From Lama guanicoe (taxonomy: Eukaryota): a stretch of 64,000 nt of DNA. The notes beneath the pieces were generated by a model. The model saw nothing but the letters and a program-made list of their open reading frames with translations. It was not told the origin of the DNA and did no database searches. The stretch spans positions 21,403,520 to 21,467,519 of the forward strand of contig MU055600.1 in assembly GCA_013239625.1 (NCBI GenBank), given 5' to 3'. The stretch's first letter is position 1. The number at the start of each line of letters is the position of its first letter. The position numbers and the translations under genes were made by a program. Shown here piece by piece: positions 47,730-59,671 of the stretch.

Positions 47730-47920
47730 TCCCAGCCAGTGTCACCAGATCTACCTCAGAAACCTTGAGAGAAAGGGGCTGTCGGGCCCCATTTTACAGA
47801 TCAGGAAACTGAGGCTTGGGCAGATTGTCACTTGCCTTAGGACACACAGCTGGTCAGTAGCAGAGCGAAGATGGAGTCCAGATACACAGACTAACGCCCT
47901 AAATTCCTTCTCCTACACAG
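47730..47920 (-). mobile_element. MIR SINE
   Basis: CCCATTTTACAGATCAGGAAACTGAGGCTTGG..CTTGCCTTAGGACACACAGCTGG. Confidence 0.85.
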
Positions 47921-48003
47921 CTTTCCCGTGTCTGCCGCGTCTAGCATCACGTGTTAGTCTCTCATTCCCTGTTTGGTTTGGTTTTGGTTTTGCTCTGTCG
48001 GTT

Positions 48004-48097
48004 GGACTGTAAGCTCCTTGAGGGCAGGCATTTATTCTCTTTTCCCTCTACTTCCCATGAGACTTGGTGCTTAAGTAAGACACCGAATCAAATGGAC
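48004..48097 (+). mobile_element. L2 3' end
   Basis: GACTGTAAGCTCCTTGAGGGCAGG. Confidence 0.75.
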
Positions 48098-48209
48098 AGA
48101 CTCCGAGCGATCACTTCCGTAATGCAGACCCTCAGAGCTGTCCTCCCACCCTCCAGCCTGCACGCACACGCCACACACACAGCCTGCAAAATCTAATAAC
48201 GACCAGCTT

Positions 48210-48381
48210 NNNNNNNNNNNNNNNNNNNNNNNNNNNNNNNNNNNNNNNNNNNNNNNNNNNNNNNNNNNNNNNNNNNNNNNNNNNNNNNNNNNNNNNNNNN
48301 NNNNNNNNNNNNNNNNNNNNNNNNNNNNNNNNNNNNNNNNNNNNNNNNNNNNNNNNNNNNNNNNNNNNNNNNNNNNNNNNN
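48210..48381. other. Assembly gap (172 N)
   Basis: Run of N. Confidence 0.99.
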
Positions 48382-48960
48382 CCGTACATGCTCGGGTACC
48401 CTGCGCACCGAGAGAGGCTGCCTGCTCGCAGCAATCAACGAGGAGGAAGCCGAGGCCGTGCCGCAATTGACGAGAACAGTTGGGCCTGGAGTTTGCTCTG
48501 GGTGTTTTATTAAGTTCTTTGAGCGAAAGCAGGCACTGCGCCTCCTGGTAAAGCTGTTCCAACAAATCAAAGGCAACTAATGTGCGCGCGCTCTCTCGGC
48601 TCTGCTGCAATGGGGAGGGGAGGAAGACAAGAGGGGAGAAAAGGCAAAATGTGTAAGCCTTGCCTCGACTTCATTACATCAATCACAACTGTTCTAAAAA
48701 CTCTCCCCAGCGTCCGACAGCAGGCAGGCAGAGGCAGCCAGCCTAACAAAGAGTGAGTTTGGGTGGAATCAGGAGCGTTCAGTAATTATATACACATTAT
48801 CAAAAAGGTAGCAATTCAGGGAAATGGAAAATACATGCTAATTTTTGAGAGCAAGAGAAAATTAGAACTCTCTGAACCATTTATTAATCATTATTAATAA
48901 AGCGGCACACATTCAAATAACAAGTGTGCTTCCCTTTTTCGGTGCCCGTCCGGATATGTT
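48382..48960. promoter_or_regulatory. Long candidate conserved non-coding element
   Basis: ATCAAAG 48566-48572, ATCAATCA, TAATTATA, ATGCTAAT, TTTATTAATCATTATTAATAAA; no recognisable repeat. Confidence 0.55.
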
Positions 48961-51900
48961 AACGGGTTCTGCAGAGGTCCCGCACACACCGCTTCCTCCT
49001 CGTTTTTCACACTCGCTCCTCCCAGGACCAGTGAGATGTGTGTTTTGACTGGTCCGTCTGGAAAACGGATGAAGTGGCTCTGCCCACATCAGACTAAGCT
49101 GTAGGCTTTTGCAGTTGTGGAAGCAGAAAGAAATGCTCCCACACCCTGTGACCGGATCTCTCGAGCCCTGTGTATTGGGGCTGCTTCGCGCTGGGGGAGG
49201 CACTTACAGATGTACAAGTGTGAGCCGTGGCTTTTATCTTCCAGGAAAGGATCACTGGGGAGGAAAGATGTCCCAGCCGTCAGTTAGGCTGCCATGATAC
49301 CAGGCCTTCCCTCTCTCTGGATCCCTCCCAAGATACACAAGTGGGCGTCCCACAGGCCTCACTGAAGTCGACTGGGCCAGGGATGGGCACCTGGCCCCCA
49401 CTGCGCCCATCGCATTCTCTCTTGTGGGGACCTGAAACCGAGCGAGAACCACAGGGACTGGTGGCTCTTTGGAGTCAAGGTGCACTGGGGGCAGCGCTCA
49501 GAGAGATGTTCCCCCAGCTCCTGCGTGCGTGTCCAAAGCTGCTGGAGCCCGGAGGGTCTGCACTCCTTCAGTCCTGTGGCTGTGCCAGAATCCTTCCCCA
49601 AGTCCTCCTTTTAAGTCGCCCAGAGTCGTTTCTTCTATTTGCATCCAGAGATCCTCACCTGCTGCTCAAGACAAAGGCCACGAACCAACACAAGGCAGAG
49701 GGGCAGGCTGGCCGACACGCAGGTACTGCTTGCATCGTCCTGCTGGAGGATTCGGGGACTGGGGTGTGGAGCTGGCCAGCCCTCCAGGAGCCCCTCCCCA
49801 GCAGTGCTGCAGACAGGGTCCCCTGGAGCAGTGGTGACATCAGCTGGTAGACACGTCTGCCTCCTGTGGGTCTCAAAGCGTCTGCTGCAGGACCTCTGAA
49901 AACCACTGTTCTAACTGAAACCCGTCAGGTACAGACTGGAAAATGGAGTGCGGGGGAGTTCTAGGTGACTTCAGGTTACAAGAGCCGCCCAGGCAGAAGT
50001 GAGGCTTGAGCCCACGTTTCCGGACGCTGACGACGTCTCCCGTCTTGTTTCCGCTGCCTTCCGGTGCCTTCCAGCATCCCCGTCGGCCCCACTGCAGCAC
50101 CGCTCACCTGCCCTGCTACTTGCCGCCCTTCCCAGGCCACGTGTGAGCGGGCGAGGCGAGGCCCATCGTCCTCATCTCTCGTCCTCGGGGACCCCCTCGT
50201 GCCCACGGCACACCCCAAGTGTCAGGCTCGGAAACCGCTAGTTCCTGCAGAGGATGATTCCTGGGAAACGCTCTGTTGATGAGTGAAGGGTTTTCTTCAC
50301 AGTCAAGGCAGAGGCAGGGGGACCAGGGTCCCGCTCCTCCCCTCGCCCAGGCCCCGAGTCCAGGCTGGACACGGCAAGCAGGGCCCAGGCCCTGCTTCCA
50401 CACGACACTGGGGGGCACAGGGCCCTGCGGGGCAGCTGGTCAGCCTCACTGTACGGATAGGGAAGCTACGGCCCGTAAAGCTGAGTGACTGTCCCGGGCT
50501 CAGACCTAGAAAGCGCAGAAGCCGGATTTGCACCTGGGCCCACCTGACTCAGACGAGCACCAAATGCTGTCCTCTGTGACCGCCGCGGAGCGAGCCCAGG
50601 CTCCCTGGAGTCTGGCCTCGGCAACTCCGTGACCGGGTCACCGGGAAGCCTCTGCAGGGGGTGAGCCCTGTGTCTGAGCAGCGGCTGAGGGGAACCCAGC
50701 CCTGTCCCTCCGGGAGCCTGGAGTCTAAGTGGGAGGCCCTTCGTGCCCTGGGCTGCCCGCCCTACCTCCTGCTCACCACCCCTCCCCCAGCAGGCCCGGT
50801 GCCCCCCAGCCTGGCTTCACCCAGAGCTGCTGCCTGGCTGTGGCCTCCAACAGGGACCCATATCCCTGGAACTCTTCCTGAGGGATGAGAAACCTCCCCC
50901 CAGGTCGAGGCATCCGGCCCTTCAGTAACTGTGTGCGGAGCCCAGGCTGTCACACGGACGTTAGGCAGACACTGGGGACTCAAAGTCACAGCCCTGTCCC
51001 TGAGGGAGAGCACCGTCCAGGGGAGCTTGCCCTGGTCGACGAGGGTCTTGGGGGTCCGTGCCAAGGAGTGGATAATGCAGCCCCCGAAATGCCCGGCATT
51101 GGAGGCTGGAGACCCAGCCCGGTGCCTTCTTTGCTGTTACCTCTTGGTGGTCACTCTCCAGACCTCAGTTTCCAATCTGCTCATAGAGCAGCAGAGTAAG
51201 AACTGGGTCTAATTCAATAAGATGCGCAGACTTCATTCCACAGACGGCGGAGAGCGGCAGGCGGCTTTCGAGAGGAGGCGGCCTTCCTCCGTCCACCCCG
51301 ACGCTGGGAGCTGAGCTCACGGCTCCCTGAGATGCACTGTTGGTCTCATGGCTGCTGAGCCGAGCCGCTTCTCCCTGTCTGCCCCCTCCCGGCCGACCCG
51401 GGTCTGGGACTGAGGACGGGTTGCTGACCCAGGCCAGGGTGGCAGGAAGGCGGGCTTGCTCGTTCCCGGACCTCCCGGGCAGCAGGGGCTTGCAAATGGG
51501 ACTGACTGTTTCTTGGCCTCACAGCCTGACCCCACCTCAGCCGTCTGGTTAAAGAACATGTGCTCCCGAGGCTCGGTCCTTTGCTGCTGGGAGCCTGGCG
51601 GGTCCACGCACCCCTGCCCGCGGCTCACCGGTCTACACGCCTTCTGGATGTAGGCTGAGGGCCCCGCTCCAACAAGGCCTCCGATAGAGGGGACAGGAAG
51701 CTCCGCAGGGCTTTCCTTCAGCTTCTTGTGTCACCCTGCCCCGAACCACAGCCCTGCCACCTGGCTGTCCCTTGACGCCCAAATTGCCGCTGGCGACAAA
51801 GACGATCAGCTAGGTCAGGCGGCCAGCGTGGAATCCGGGCAAATGCCCAGCTCTGGATCCTGTCTGCCCTGCATTGTGTGGCCCTGGAAAAGTGATTTCG

Positions 51901-53349
51901 TTGCTCTGAGCTGCAGGCTGGGCACAATGAAGATGAAAATGACCATGTCGCAGGCGCTCACGCGGGTCATAGACACGTGTGCTTCAAATGCCAGAACCCT
52001 TAGCTATTAACATCAGGGGCTTTTCTCCCCTGAACGACCCTCCTTCTTGCCCAGGAGGGCTCTAGAAAGCTCATCAACATACCTGCCCATCGGCCGTGGG
52101 AACCAGCCAGGCCGGCGTCTGCAGAGGGCCAGAGTTTCCTCTCCATCCCAGTCATGTTTGCCGGAAGGCCAGGGAGCTCACCTTGGCCATCACACCCCAG
52201 CCAAACCAGGGCGACACAGAGCTCTCATTACCAAGTGGCTTCAGGGCCTCAGGGACAGATGCTGGAGTTTCGCTTGTGCCCTCCTGGAGGCCAGCAGGGT
52301 TCTGAGCTTCAGTCTGACTGACCCAGTTCTTAGTTGGGGTGACAGCTTTCCAGCCAGTCTGAGGTCTGTCCCCGCTCCTCAGAGGACAGAGGGGCTTCCT
52401 CCCCCACGGCCTGGTCCCCGGCGGGAAGCCAGCCTGGCCAGAGTTCTCTGTAATTCACTCTCATGGACCCTGAAGCCTGTGATGCAGATGGAACACCAAG
52501 TAGCACATGGTCCTTCGGACAGAAAGAGCATTCTAGAAGCCCCTCGTTCTTGCCTGGTATGAACAGTCGCTGTGATCGAGACTAACACATCAGAGAAGCA
52601 GGCGGGCGCACGAGAGGGTGGCATCTGCCATCTGTGTAGAAGGGCGGAGTCCCTTCCAGTTCATCTTCAGAGCAGCCCTGAGGGCAGGGGAGCCACCTGG
52701 CCCACGGCCACCTCAACAAGCCAGTGGCCCAGGGGTTCTGGGGTTGACCTCGTGCCCTTCCCTCCAGCGAGGCAGCGCTCAGGTGGCGCGGGGACGAACA
52801 CGGCAGGCGGGAGGGGCCTCAGAAGCTGAGTGATTGGCTTCAGGTTTCAATGGGAAATCACCGGAGCATCAGGGCCTTTGTGCTGCAGCACACCTGGAAA
52901 GCCGCGCTGAATGGGGAGCTTTTCTATGCGAAATCAGACCGTGTTCTCTGCCCGTTAACATCGCCAGCACGGAGATGCGCTGCCGGCACAAACCAACCTG
53001 AATCAGTGGTGAATGGGGGAAATTTCAGGCATAAATTCCACGGGTCCTGCCCACAGGCTTGGTGAAACTGAAACCCACTTGCTCTCAAAGAGGAGACAGC
53101 TAAGAGCTAAATAACAGTTGAAGTCTCGGGGTGTCTATCCTGTCCCTCGGTCCCCGGTGAAGCCAGGGCCATGAAGATGCCTAAATCGGCCCTGTTACAT
53201 CTTTCTGAAGGCGGCGTCTCCATGCCGCACAAACCCCAGCCTGGTCAGGGATGGTGTGGAGTGGATCTTGTGGCCGTCTTTGACGACTGCTCGGAAACGT
53301 GGGGGCGTCTTTTGGCAGGGAACACAGGGAGGGGGCGAGGAGTGAGAAG

Positions 53350-53700
53350 CCATCAAAAGGGTTTTATTGAACTCTTTGCTAGCTCATGAATGCATTTAAT
53401 GGGAACAGCGTTGGATGTCAATGCAACATAATGATCGTGTAATCTATTTGGCTAGATTCGCGTGGCTTTCGAAGAGGAAAAAAGGACCTGCATGAGCAGT
53501 TAATCAGTCTGTCTTTAGCCAAACTTCATGTAAAATTTCACCGTGTTCCCGAAACTGTGCCAAGGGACAGTGTCATGTATTTCAGTGAATCGCTTGTCAC
53601 CAAATCTGAAACAAGCAGAAAATCTAGCCTTTTTGCCTCCTCTTTCGAGATTGTTTCTGGCGACATGTGACTTGGTGAGGTGGTAGAATCTGATCAGATA
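53350..53700. promoter_or_regulatory. Candidate enhancer / conserved non-coding element
   Basis: TTTTATTG, TTTAATGG, TGTCAA, TAATC and TTAATCA words in a repeat-free AT-rich island. Confidence 0.5.
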
Positions 53701-53714
53701 GTAACGGTGGCAAC

Positions 53715-53840
53715 TTACATGCCTGGCCCCATTCTGAGCACCCCTGGGGCACAGAGCTGCGCTTGGCTCCACTCTGATGGGAAACCGAGGCTCAGAGCGA
53801 CTAGGAGACTTGCCCAAAGCGGTCGTAGAAGCAGAGGGGA
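53715..53840 (-). mobile_element. MIR SINE
   Basis: GATGGGAAACCGAGGCTCAGAGCGACTAGGAGACTTGCCCAA. Confidence 0.75.
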
Positions 53841-53858
53841 GGCCTAAACTTTGTTCTG

Positions 53859-54000
53859 TTTTTTTTAATTGGCGACTCGTTGATTTACAACACTAGTTGC
53901 AGGCGTACAACGTAGCGATTCAATGTTTCTGTAGGTTATCCCCACTTAAGGTTGTTAGAGAACGCTGGCCATATTCCCTGTGCGGTGCCGTGTATCCTAA
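53859..54000 (-). mobile_element. L1 3' end with poly(A) remnant
   Basis: TTTTTTTTAATTGG..GTTGATTTACAA..CAGGCGTACAACGTAGCGATTCA..GGCCATATTCCCTGTGCGGT..TATCCT. Confidence 0.8.
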
Positions 54001-56949
54001 ACCCTGTTCTTGACTCCACTGTCCATCTTTCTCACCAGCAAGCCCAGATGATGGATCCCTAGAGAAGAGGAGGGAGGCGGCCTCTGGTCTTCCTAAGACT
54101 GCTCTCGGCCCCCACCCCTCATTAGCTGTGCTCCGAGCCTGCCTGGGCGGCTGCCGCCGAGAAGCCACTGCTCTAGGCACCTTCAGTTACAGCCCCGTCA
54201 GGTAGGCTCTGTTTTAACCCATTCTACAGGTAGGAAGACTGACAGCCAGAAAGGTAAAGGCGGATTTGAATGACTGAGGGACGCAGTTCACACAGCAGGG
54301 CAGCGTTAGCACTCGATCTGATCTGTGGCCGCGGATTCCAACACCCTGCCCTCCTGGAGGGCACCCAGGTGGGCACCTGCCCACCCTGCTCCCCCACCAC
54401 GTGGATTCTGGAGGGGGAGCAGCTACTTTTATTATCGACTCTGGACAGATGGTGAGACAGAGGCGCTGCAGGTGAAGAGGACCGCTGTAGGGTTCTACAA
54501 CGGACACTCAACGTGAGGCTGTCAGTGGATGCAGGACAAACGGACAGCGGTATCGTTGGCCGGCCCCTGTGTGCTCACGTACACACACCACACGCTGACA
54601 CGTGTTTGAAACAGCACGTGTGCCGTCAGCGGAGGGTGCGTGGCTTTTTTCTTTCTTTCTTACTAACCCCCGTCTCCGCCCTCCTCAGCTGAGCTCTGAG
54701 GCAGCAAACAACCTGCTTTTCAGCATTTGCGCTGGGACCTGGACCCGGGCTGGTTGCACGCGGCCTTACGCCAGTCTTCCAGGCTGGGTTCCGTTCTTGG
54801 TCTATTTCACCCCCTTGCCATGAGCTCCTGCGAGCTTTTTCCATCCCATGGGTGACTTCCCATTGTGGTTACTCCTGGCCCTTGTTGGCCAGCCCGACCT
54901 CACTCTCAAAGGTGGAGCTCAACTTTCCACCCAGAAGAAATTCCCCAAATGGAATTTCAAATTGATTTAAAAACCAGATTCCCCACATGGAACCAACCGC
55001 GTCACACTCTGTCTGGTTTCACTCATGTGCTAAGTGTTGCTGAAGATTTGTGCTCCAATCCTAATCTGGTTTTACTGAGGACGTTCCCCAGCTGAAGGAT
55101 TTCAAAGGGAAGCCAGCGACGCAGCCAGGGACCCCCTGAACGTGTGGCTTGGCACCTTCCCTCCAGCCCACACTTGGAGCAAGCTGGCCCCTGCGCTGAA
55201 CCCTCCCTATGAGGGGGGATGGGTAGGGGGGGAGGATGGGGGTGGGAGGAGGCCAGGGAGAGGGAGAAAGACCGACACAGCCTCCTCCTCCTGGCACGGA
55301 AGCCTAACGGTCTCCACCGGGTGTCGGTCCCCCAGCCTGGAGGTCAAGACACCCGCCTCCCGGCCCGGCCCGGCCCTGAGCACGTGGGTCTGCTCCCCGC
55401 GGGGCTGCCCTGCAGCCTTCGCAGTGTTCGAGGGCAGGGAGAAGGGAGACCAACCTCCTCTCTTTCTGAATGGAAGCATCAACTCCAAAAGTAGGAGTCT
55501 GTGGACCTTCCCTCTCGTAAGAAAACATTTTTTAAATTATACACACACGTACCAGGAAATTACACCCAGTGCTGAGGACGTCCCGGAGGGGGGCGGCGTT
55601 CTCTGCTCTCCAAAGCATTGCTCGTTCCAGTGACGGAAGAAGTGAAGGGTATTGACAGGTACCCGGGGCGGCACTTAGCAGGCTCGTGGTGAGCGCAGTA
55701 AAGTGGGGGTGGTTTCTGGGTGAGGAGGCAGGGGTGACAGACACGGGGAACGTGGCTTCAGGGCTGCCTGAATGTCTTCCACGTGTGGGCTCACGTCGCA
55801 GGGCCCGTGTAGAACCAGGGCCTCAGCTCTGCTCCCCAACTCCCCACTCCCCTCTACAGAACCCTCGGAAATGGAAAAGAATTTCCGGCTGACAACCAGG
55901 AGGCTCTCTACTGCCGGTCCTCCCTCCCGGAGTCGGTCCTCAGCCCTCTGCTTCCCCCGATCCTGCGTCGGCCCCCGGAACCAGCCTTGGGCCCCCCTTT
56001 CCTCCCGATGCATCTGGCCCACCTGGCTCCCCGCCTCTGCCGACCTCAGCACAGCACATCACGCCGGAGACCCTCTCGGGGTTGGGGAGCCATGCTCGCG
56101 GGATGCCCCACGAGACTGTAGCTTCTCGTAGGCAGGGCTGAGGTCCGTGTTCTGCATGTTCTTTATGGCCAAGGGCTGAGCTTGTTTCAGCCCTCAGCCC
56201 AGTGCGAGGCGCTCTCGGGGCTGTGTTGCAGTTATCTAGACCCTTCCGAACCCCTGCCTCCTGCACGGTCCCCCTGGGGTGTGAGGCCCGCCCCCCAGTG
56301 CGGGAGCCGGGACTGGGAGGCAGGTCGGGCTCACAAGTGCCAGACGAGGAGGCGGTGGGTCCGGGTCTCAGACCCGGGCTGCCCGCAGACGTCGGCATTT
56401 TCTCCGTTGGTGTCTCCGTCCCCCGTCCCGAGTGCGCACACCCTGGCTGGGTTCCGACGGGAGTGCTCCGTGTCCTTCTCTCCTCCGTGGCCCACGCTGG
56501 AGGAATGGGGGCTCTGCCCAAGGAAACGGGTGGGGACAGTTATGAGCAGGTCTCTGGGATGAGGAGCCAGAGCCCCGGTTATCCTCCTGGCCCGACGCTT
56601 GGGCGGAGCAGCTGGTTACAGAGGCCACGCCTGCTGCCCTCTTGGCCCCCTGCCAAGTTCTGGACACTCCTAGGCTTTTGCAGCGTAAAATTATTTCCAG
56701 AAGGAATTGTCCAAAAGCTCCTAAAATGGCAATAAAACCCTCTGACTTTCACATTTCCACATGCCCAGATGGACTGTCATGGTTCCCAGCAGCCCGGCTT
56801 CAGGCCAAGTCACAGAAAACCAAGCAGTTCTCACCCTGGAAGCCTGGATTGGTCTGGAGGTGGCCTGTGGCCCTGCCCGGAGGCGGCTCCTTGCTGGTCT
56901 GCCAGGCTGTCGGGGTCTCGATGTGCAGAGGAAGAACACGAGTTTTGGA

Positions 56950-57190
56950 GACCTCCTCTGGATAGACACAGAGAACCTGCTGTGTGCCAGGAATGGTGTC
57001 TGGGGACACAGTGAAGGGAAAGACACGGAAATCCAGTGGAGGCAGCCAACAAGTCACCAAGCTATCAGAATCACAAAGGATGCAGACAATGCTGCAGGAG
57101 CACAGAGGAGGGGGAGCTGTCAGTCTGGTGCCCTGGAAGGCTTCCTGGAGGAGGTGACCCCTGAGTGGAGAGGACCAGTGAGTTGAACAT
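56950..57190 (-). mobile_element. L2 fragment
   Basis: CCTGCTGTGTGCCAGG..GGAAGGCTTCCTGGAGGAGGTGAC. Confidence 0.75.
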
Positions 57191-58261
57191 ACAAAAGCCA
57201 GAGGCCCCTCTTGACAATAATTCCCACCTCCCAGGCTGGACTGAGGGTGCACCATGACCGTGTGCTGAGTCCACCTGTCGCTGGGCACTCAGCAGGGCCG
57301 GCCCTTGCCCACACCTGCTCTTGGAAGCATCCTCAATAGTGAGGCCCTGGTCATGCTGACAGTCTTAACTGGAGAGCTGGGCTTTTGGGAGATACCAGCC
57401 AGGTCCCTGAGCCAGAAACCCTCAGGCCAGTACGGGGAACACGCAGCAGCCAGCTTTGGCTGGAATGTGGGACTTTGCAGGTAAATCCAGGTGACCTGCG
57501 GCTGAGAACCCAGCTGTGGAAGGCCTTGATGTTGGGCTGTGGGGTGCCATCTTGCAGGTCCAGGTCATTGGCTATGACCCTTTTCCCCAGAATCCTGGGC
57601 TTCTGCAGAATTCCCAGGCCTGCTGCAGGGTGAGGGCTGGGCTGCTGCAGTCTGGACCCCACGCCATTGCAAGTGCAGAAGCTCCACCCAACCTGTGTTC
57701 CACAATGCAGGCAGTGAAGGCGAGGTGCTCAGAGACAACGTGCAAATAAAAGGCACAGATGTTGAGGGGTGCTGGGCCGGCAAGGAGACCGCCACGGGCT
57801 GATTCGGGGAACGAGGCATGAGGTGCATCAGGGAGGCCTGGCCACTGCTAGGAGTCTGTTGCAACAGAACCCATGGGGGCCCACCTGGCTCCAGCCAGGC
57901 TGGGCTGGGGGCTGTAGAGAAAAGGAGAGGCGGAGGCCACACTCCGGGGGGAGATGGAAGAGCTGGCCTTGGCCCAGATGGGGTGCAGGTCTCATCTCCC
58001 TGCTTCAGCTACTTGGGGGAGGAACCATGGTCCATGCACCTTTCTGACCTTCATACTGTCAACCGTGGTCAGTGCCTGGCAAGGCGTGAGCGTTTTCTAA
58101 GTGCCCGTCTGAATGAACAAGGGCCCGGGACCTGCAACCCCCAAATGTAGGTTCTGTGGGAGCTGAGAAATAGCGCCACGACCCCCCATGCAGAGGCCCC
58201 CTGGTGCGTGGGTGAGGGCGTAGGCTCTGCAGCCAGGGCTCAGCCCTAGCCCCTCTCCCTG

Positions 58262-58364
58262 CTGGCTGCAGGACCTTGGCCAGTGACTTAACCTCAGGTT
58301 GGCGCAATCTCTTACCTGTAAAGTGGGAATAATAAGAGTGTATATTTCGTAGAGTTGTGAGGAT
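58262..58364 (+). mobile_element. MIR SINE, 5' part, interrupted by an LTR
   Basis: GACCTTGGCCAGTGACTTAACCTC..CCTGTAAAGTGGGAATAATAAGAGT..AGAGTTGTGAGGAT. Confidence 0.8.
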
Positions 58365-58719
58365 TGTTCTGGAATGTTTGTGTCCTCCCCAAATTCATGT
58401 GTTGAAGCCCTAACCCCCCCCAAGAGGGTATCTGGAGGTGGGGCCTTCAGGGGATAATCAGGTTGAGATGAGATCACGAGGGTGGAGCCCCTGGGGTGGG
58501 ATTAGTGCCCTTAGGAGAAACGTGAGAGCGACCTTTCTGCCACCACATGAGGGTGCAGCGAGAGGCCATCTGCCAGCCCTGAAGAGAGCCGTCCCAGGCA
58601 CTGGGTCAGCCAGCACCTTCGTCTTAGACTTCCAGCCTCCCGAACGGCGCGCAATCGGTGTCTGCCGGCTAGGACACAGTCTGTGTGTTTCGTCACAGCG
58701 GCCGGAGCAGACCAAGACA
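58365..58719 (+). mobile_element. MLT1A-like MaLR solo LTR, full length
   Basis: TGTTCTGGAATGTTTGTGTCCTCCCCAAATTCATGTGTTGAAGCCCTAACC...GACTTCCAGCCTCC...AGCAGACCAAGACA. Confidence 0.92.
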
Positions 58720-59226
58720 GGCTGCACGCAAAAAACGTGCTCCGGACAGTGCCGGCAGCACAGGCAAGTTCAGAACGTGATGAAGGGGCAGCGGTCACCG
58801 GGAAAGGGCACCTGGCATGGAGGCCAGGCTGCCTGGGCTCACGCCTGGCAGTGCGGCTTGAGCCGTGTGTCCAGCGACAGCCGTCTTCACCTCTGTGTGT
58901 GTGTTTGCTCACTTGTCAGAGGTGGGGCAGTGATGATAGTTCTACCTGTTTCCACAGGAGCTTAACAGCAACACTCAGCTGCTGCGTACGGCAATGCGGC
59001 TGGGCTGATGGTCACGGTGTTCTCCTAGAATCCGCACTATTCCCGTACCAGCAGGTGACAGCCCCTCGTCTCCCCGAGGGCCTCCCAGGGCCCTCCCTGA
59101 TGTGTCACAGCCCAGCAGCTGGGTCCATCGCTGGCACCAGAGGCCTGCTTCGCCGCGTGGGCCCATCGCTGAGTTAACAAGGGTTCCCAGAATGCTTTGA
59201 GGGACGATGCCATCGGTACTGGCGTC

Positions 59227-59310
59227 CATTCATTCAATACACGCTCACTGACTGCCTCCAAATGCCTGGGGATCTAGAGAGAAATAAGGCCTGGTCTCTG
59301 CCCTCAGGAG
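59227..59310 (-). mobile_element. L2 3' end
   Basis: CATTCATTCAATAC..ACTGACTGCCTCC..GGTCTCTGCCCTCAGGAG. Confidence 0.7.
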
Positions 59311-59462
59311 ACGACCATCAGGCAGTGAGAGGCCGAGTGTCAGGGTGCACGGGGCCCTGGGGGCTCTTCGTGGGGAGACGGAGGCAGGCGCGCCTGCCCT
59401 GCGTGAAGGTCTGACGCCTCCGGGGCCAGCAGCAGCCCCTCTACCTGATACTCTCCCCGTGT

Positions 59463-59671
59463 GGGGTTGCCAGGTTCAGCAGATGAAAACCCAGGGCGCT
59501 CTGTCAAATAATTTCAGACAAACAATGAAGTCTCTTTCTTTTTTCTTTTTCTGTTTTTTTTAGTGTTAAGTGTGTCTCAAAATATTACATGGGACATAAC
59601 ACTGAAAAAAGCCTTCGTGGTCTGTGAAATTCACATCTGAGTGAGCGCGCTGTACCCTATCCAGCAACCCC
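59463..59671. mobile_element. MER53 palindromic hAT MITE
   Basis: Termini GGGTTGCCAG...CCAGCAACCC; internal ATTTCAGACAAACAATGAA / TTCGTGGTCTGTGAAATTCA; central TGTCTCAAAATATTACATGGGACA. Confidence 0.88.

Noticed and set aside
5554-48572. Enrichment of TCF/LEF sites (about 7 seen)
   Set aside because: A rough composition estimate gives about 4 by chance, so the excess is unconvincing.
48071-48610. ORFs spanning N runs here and at 3462-3912
   Set aside because: Their length is inflated by unknown bases. Only the sequenced part after the acceptor is discussed as a finding.
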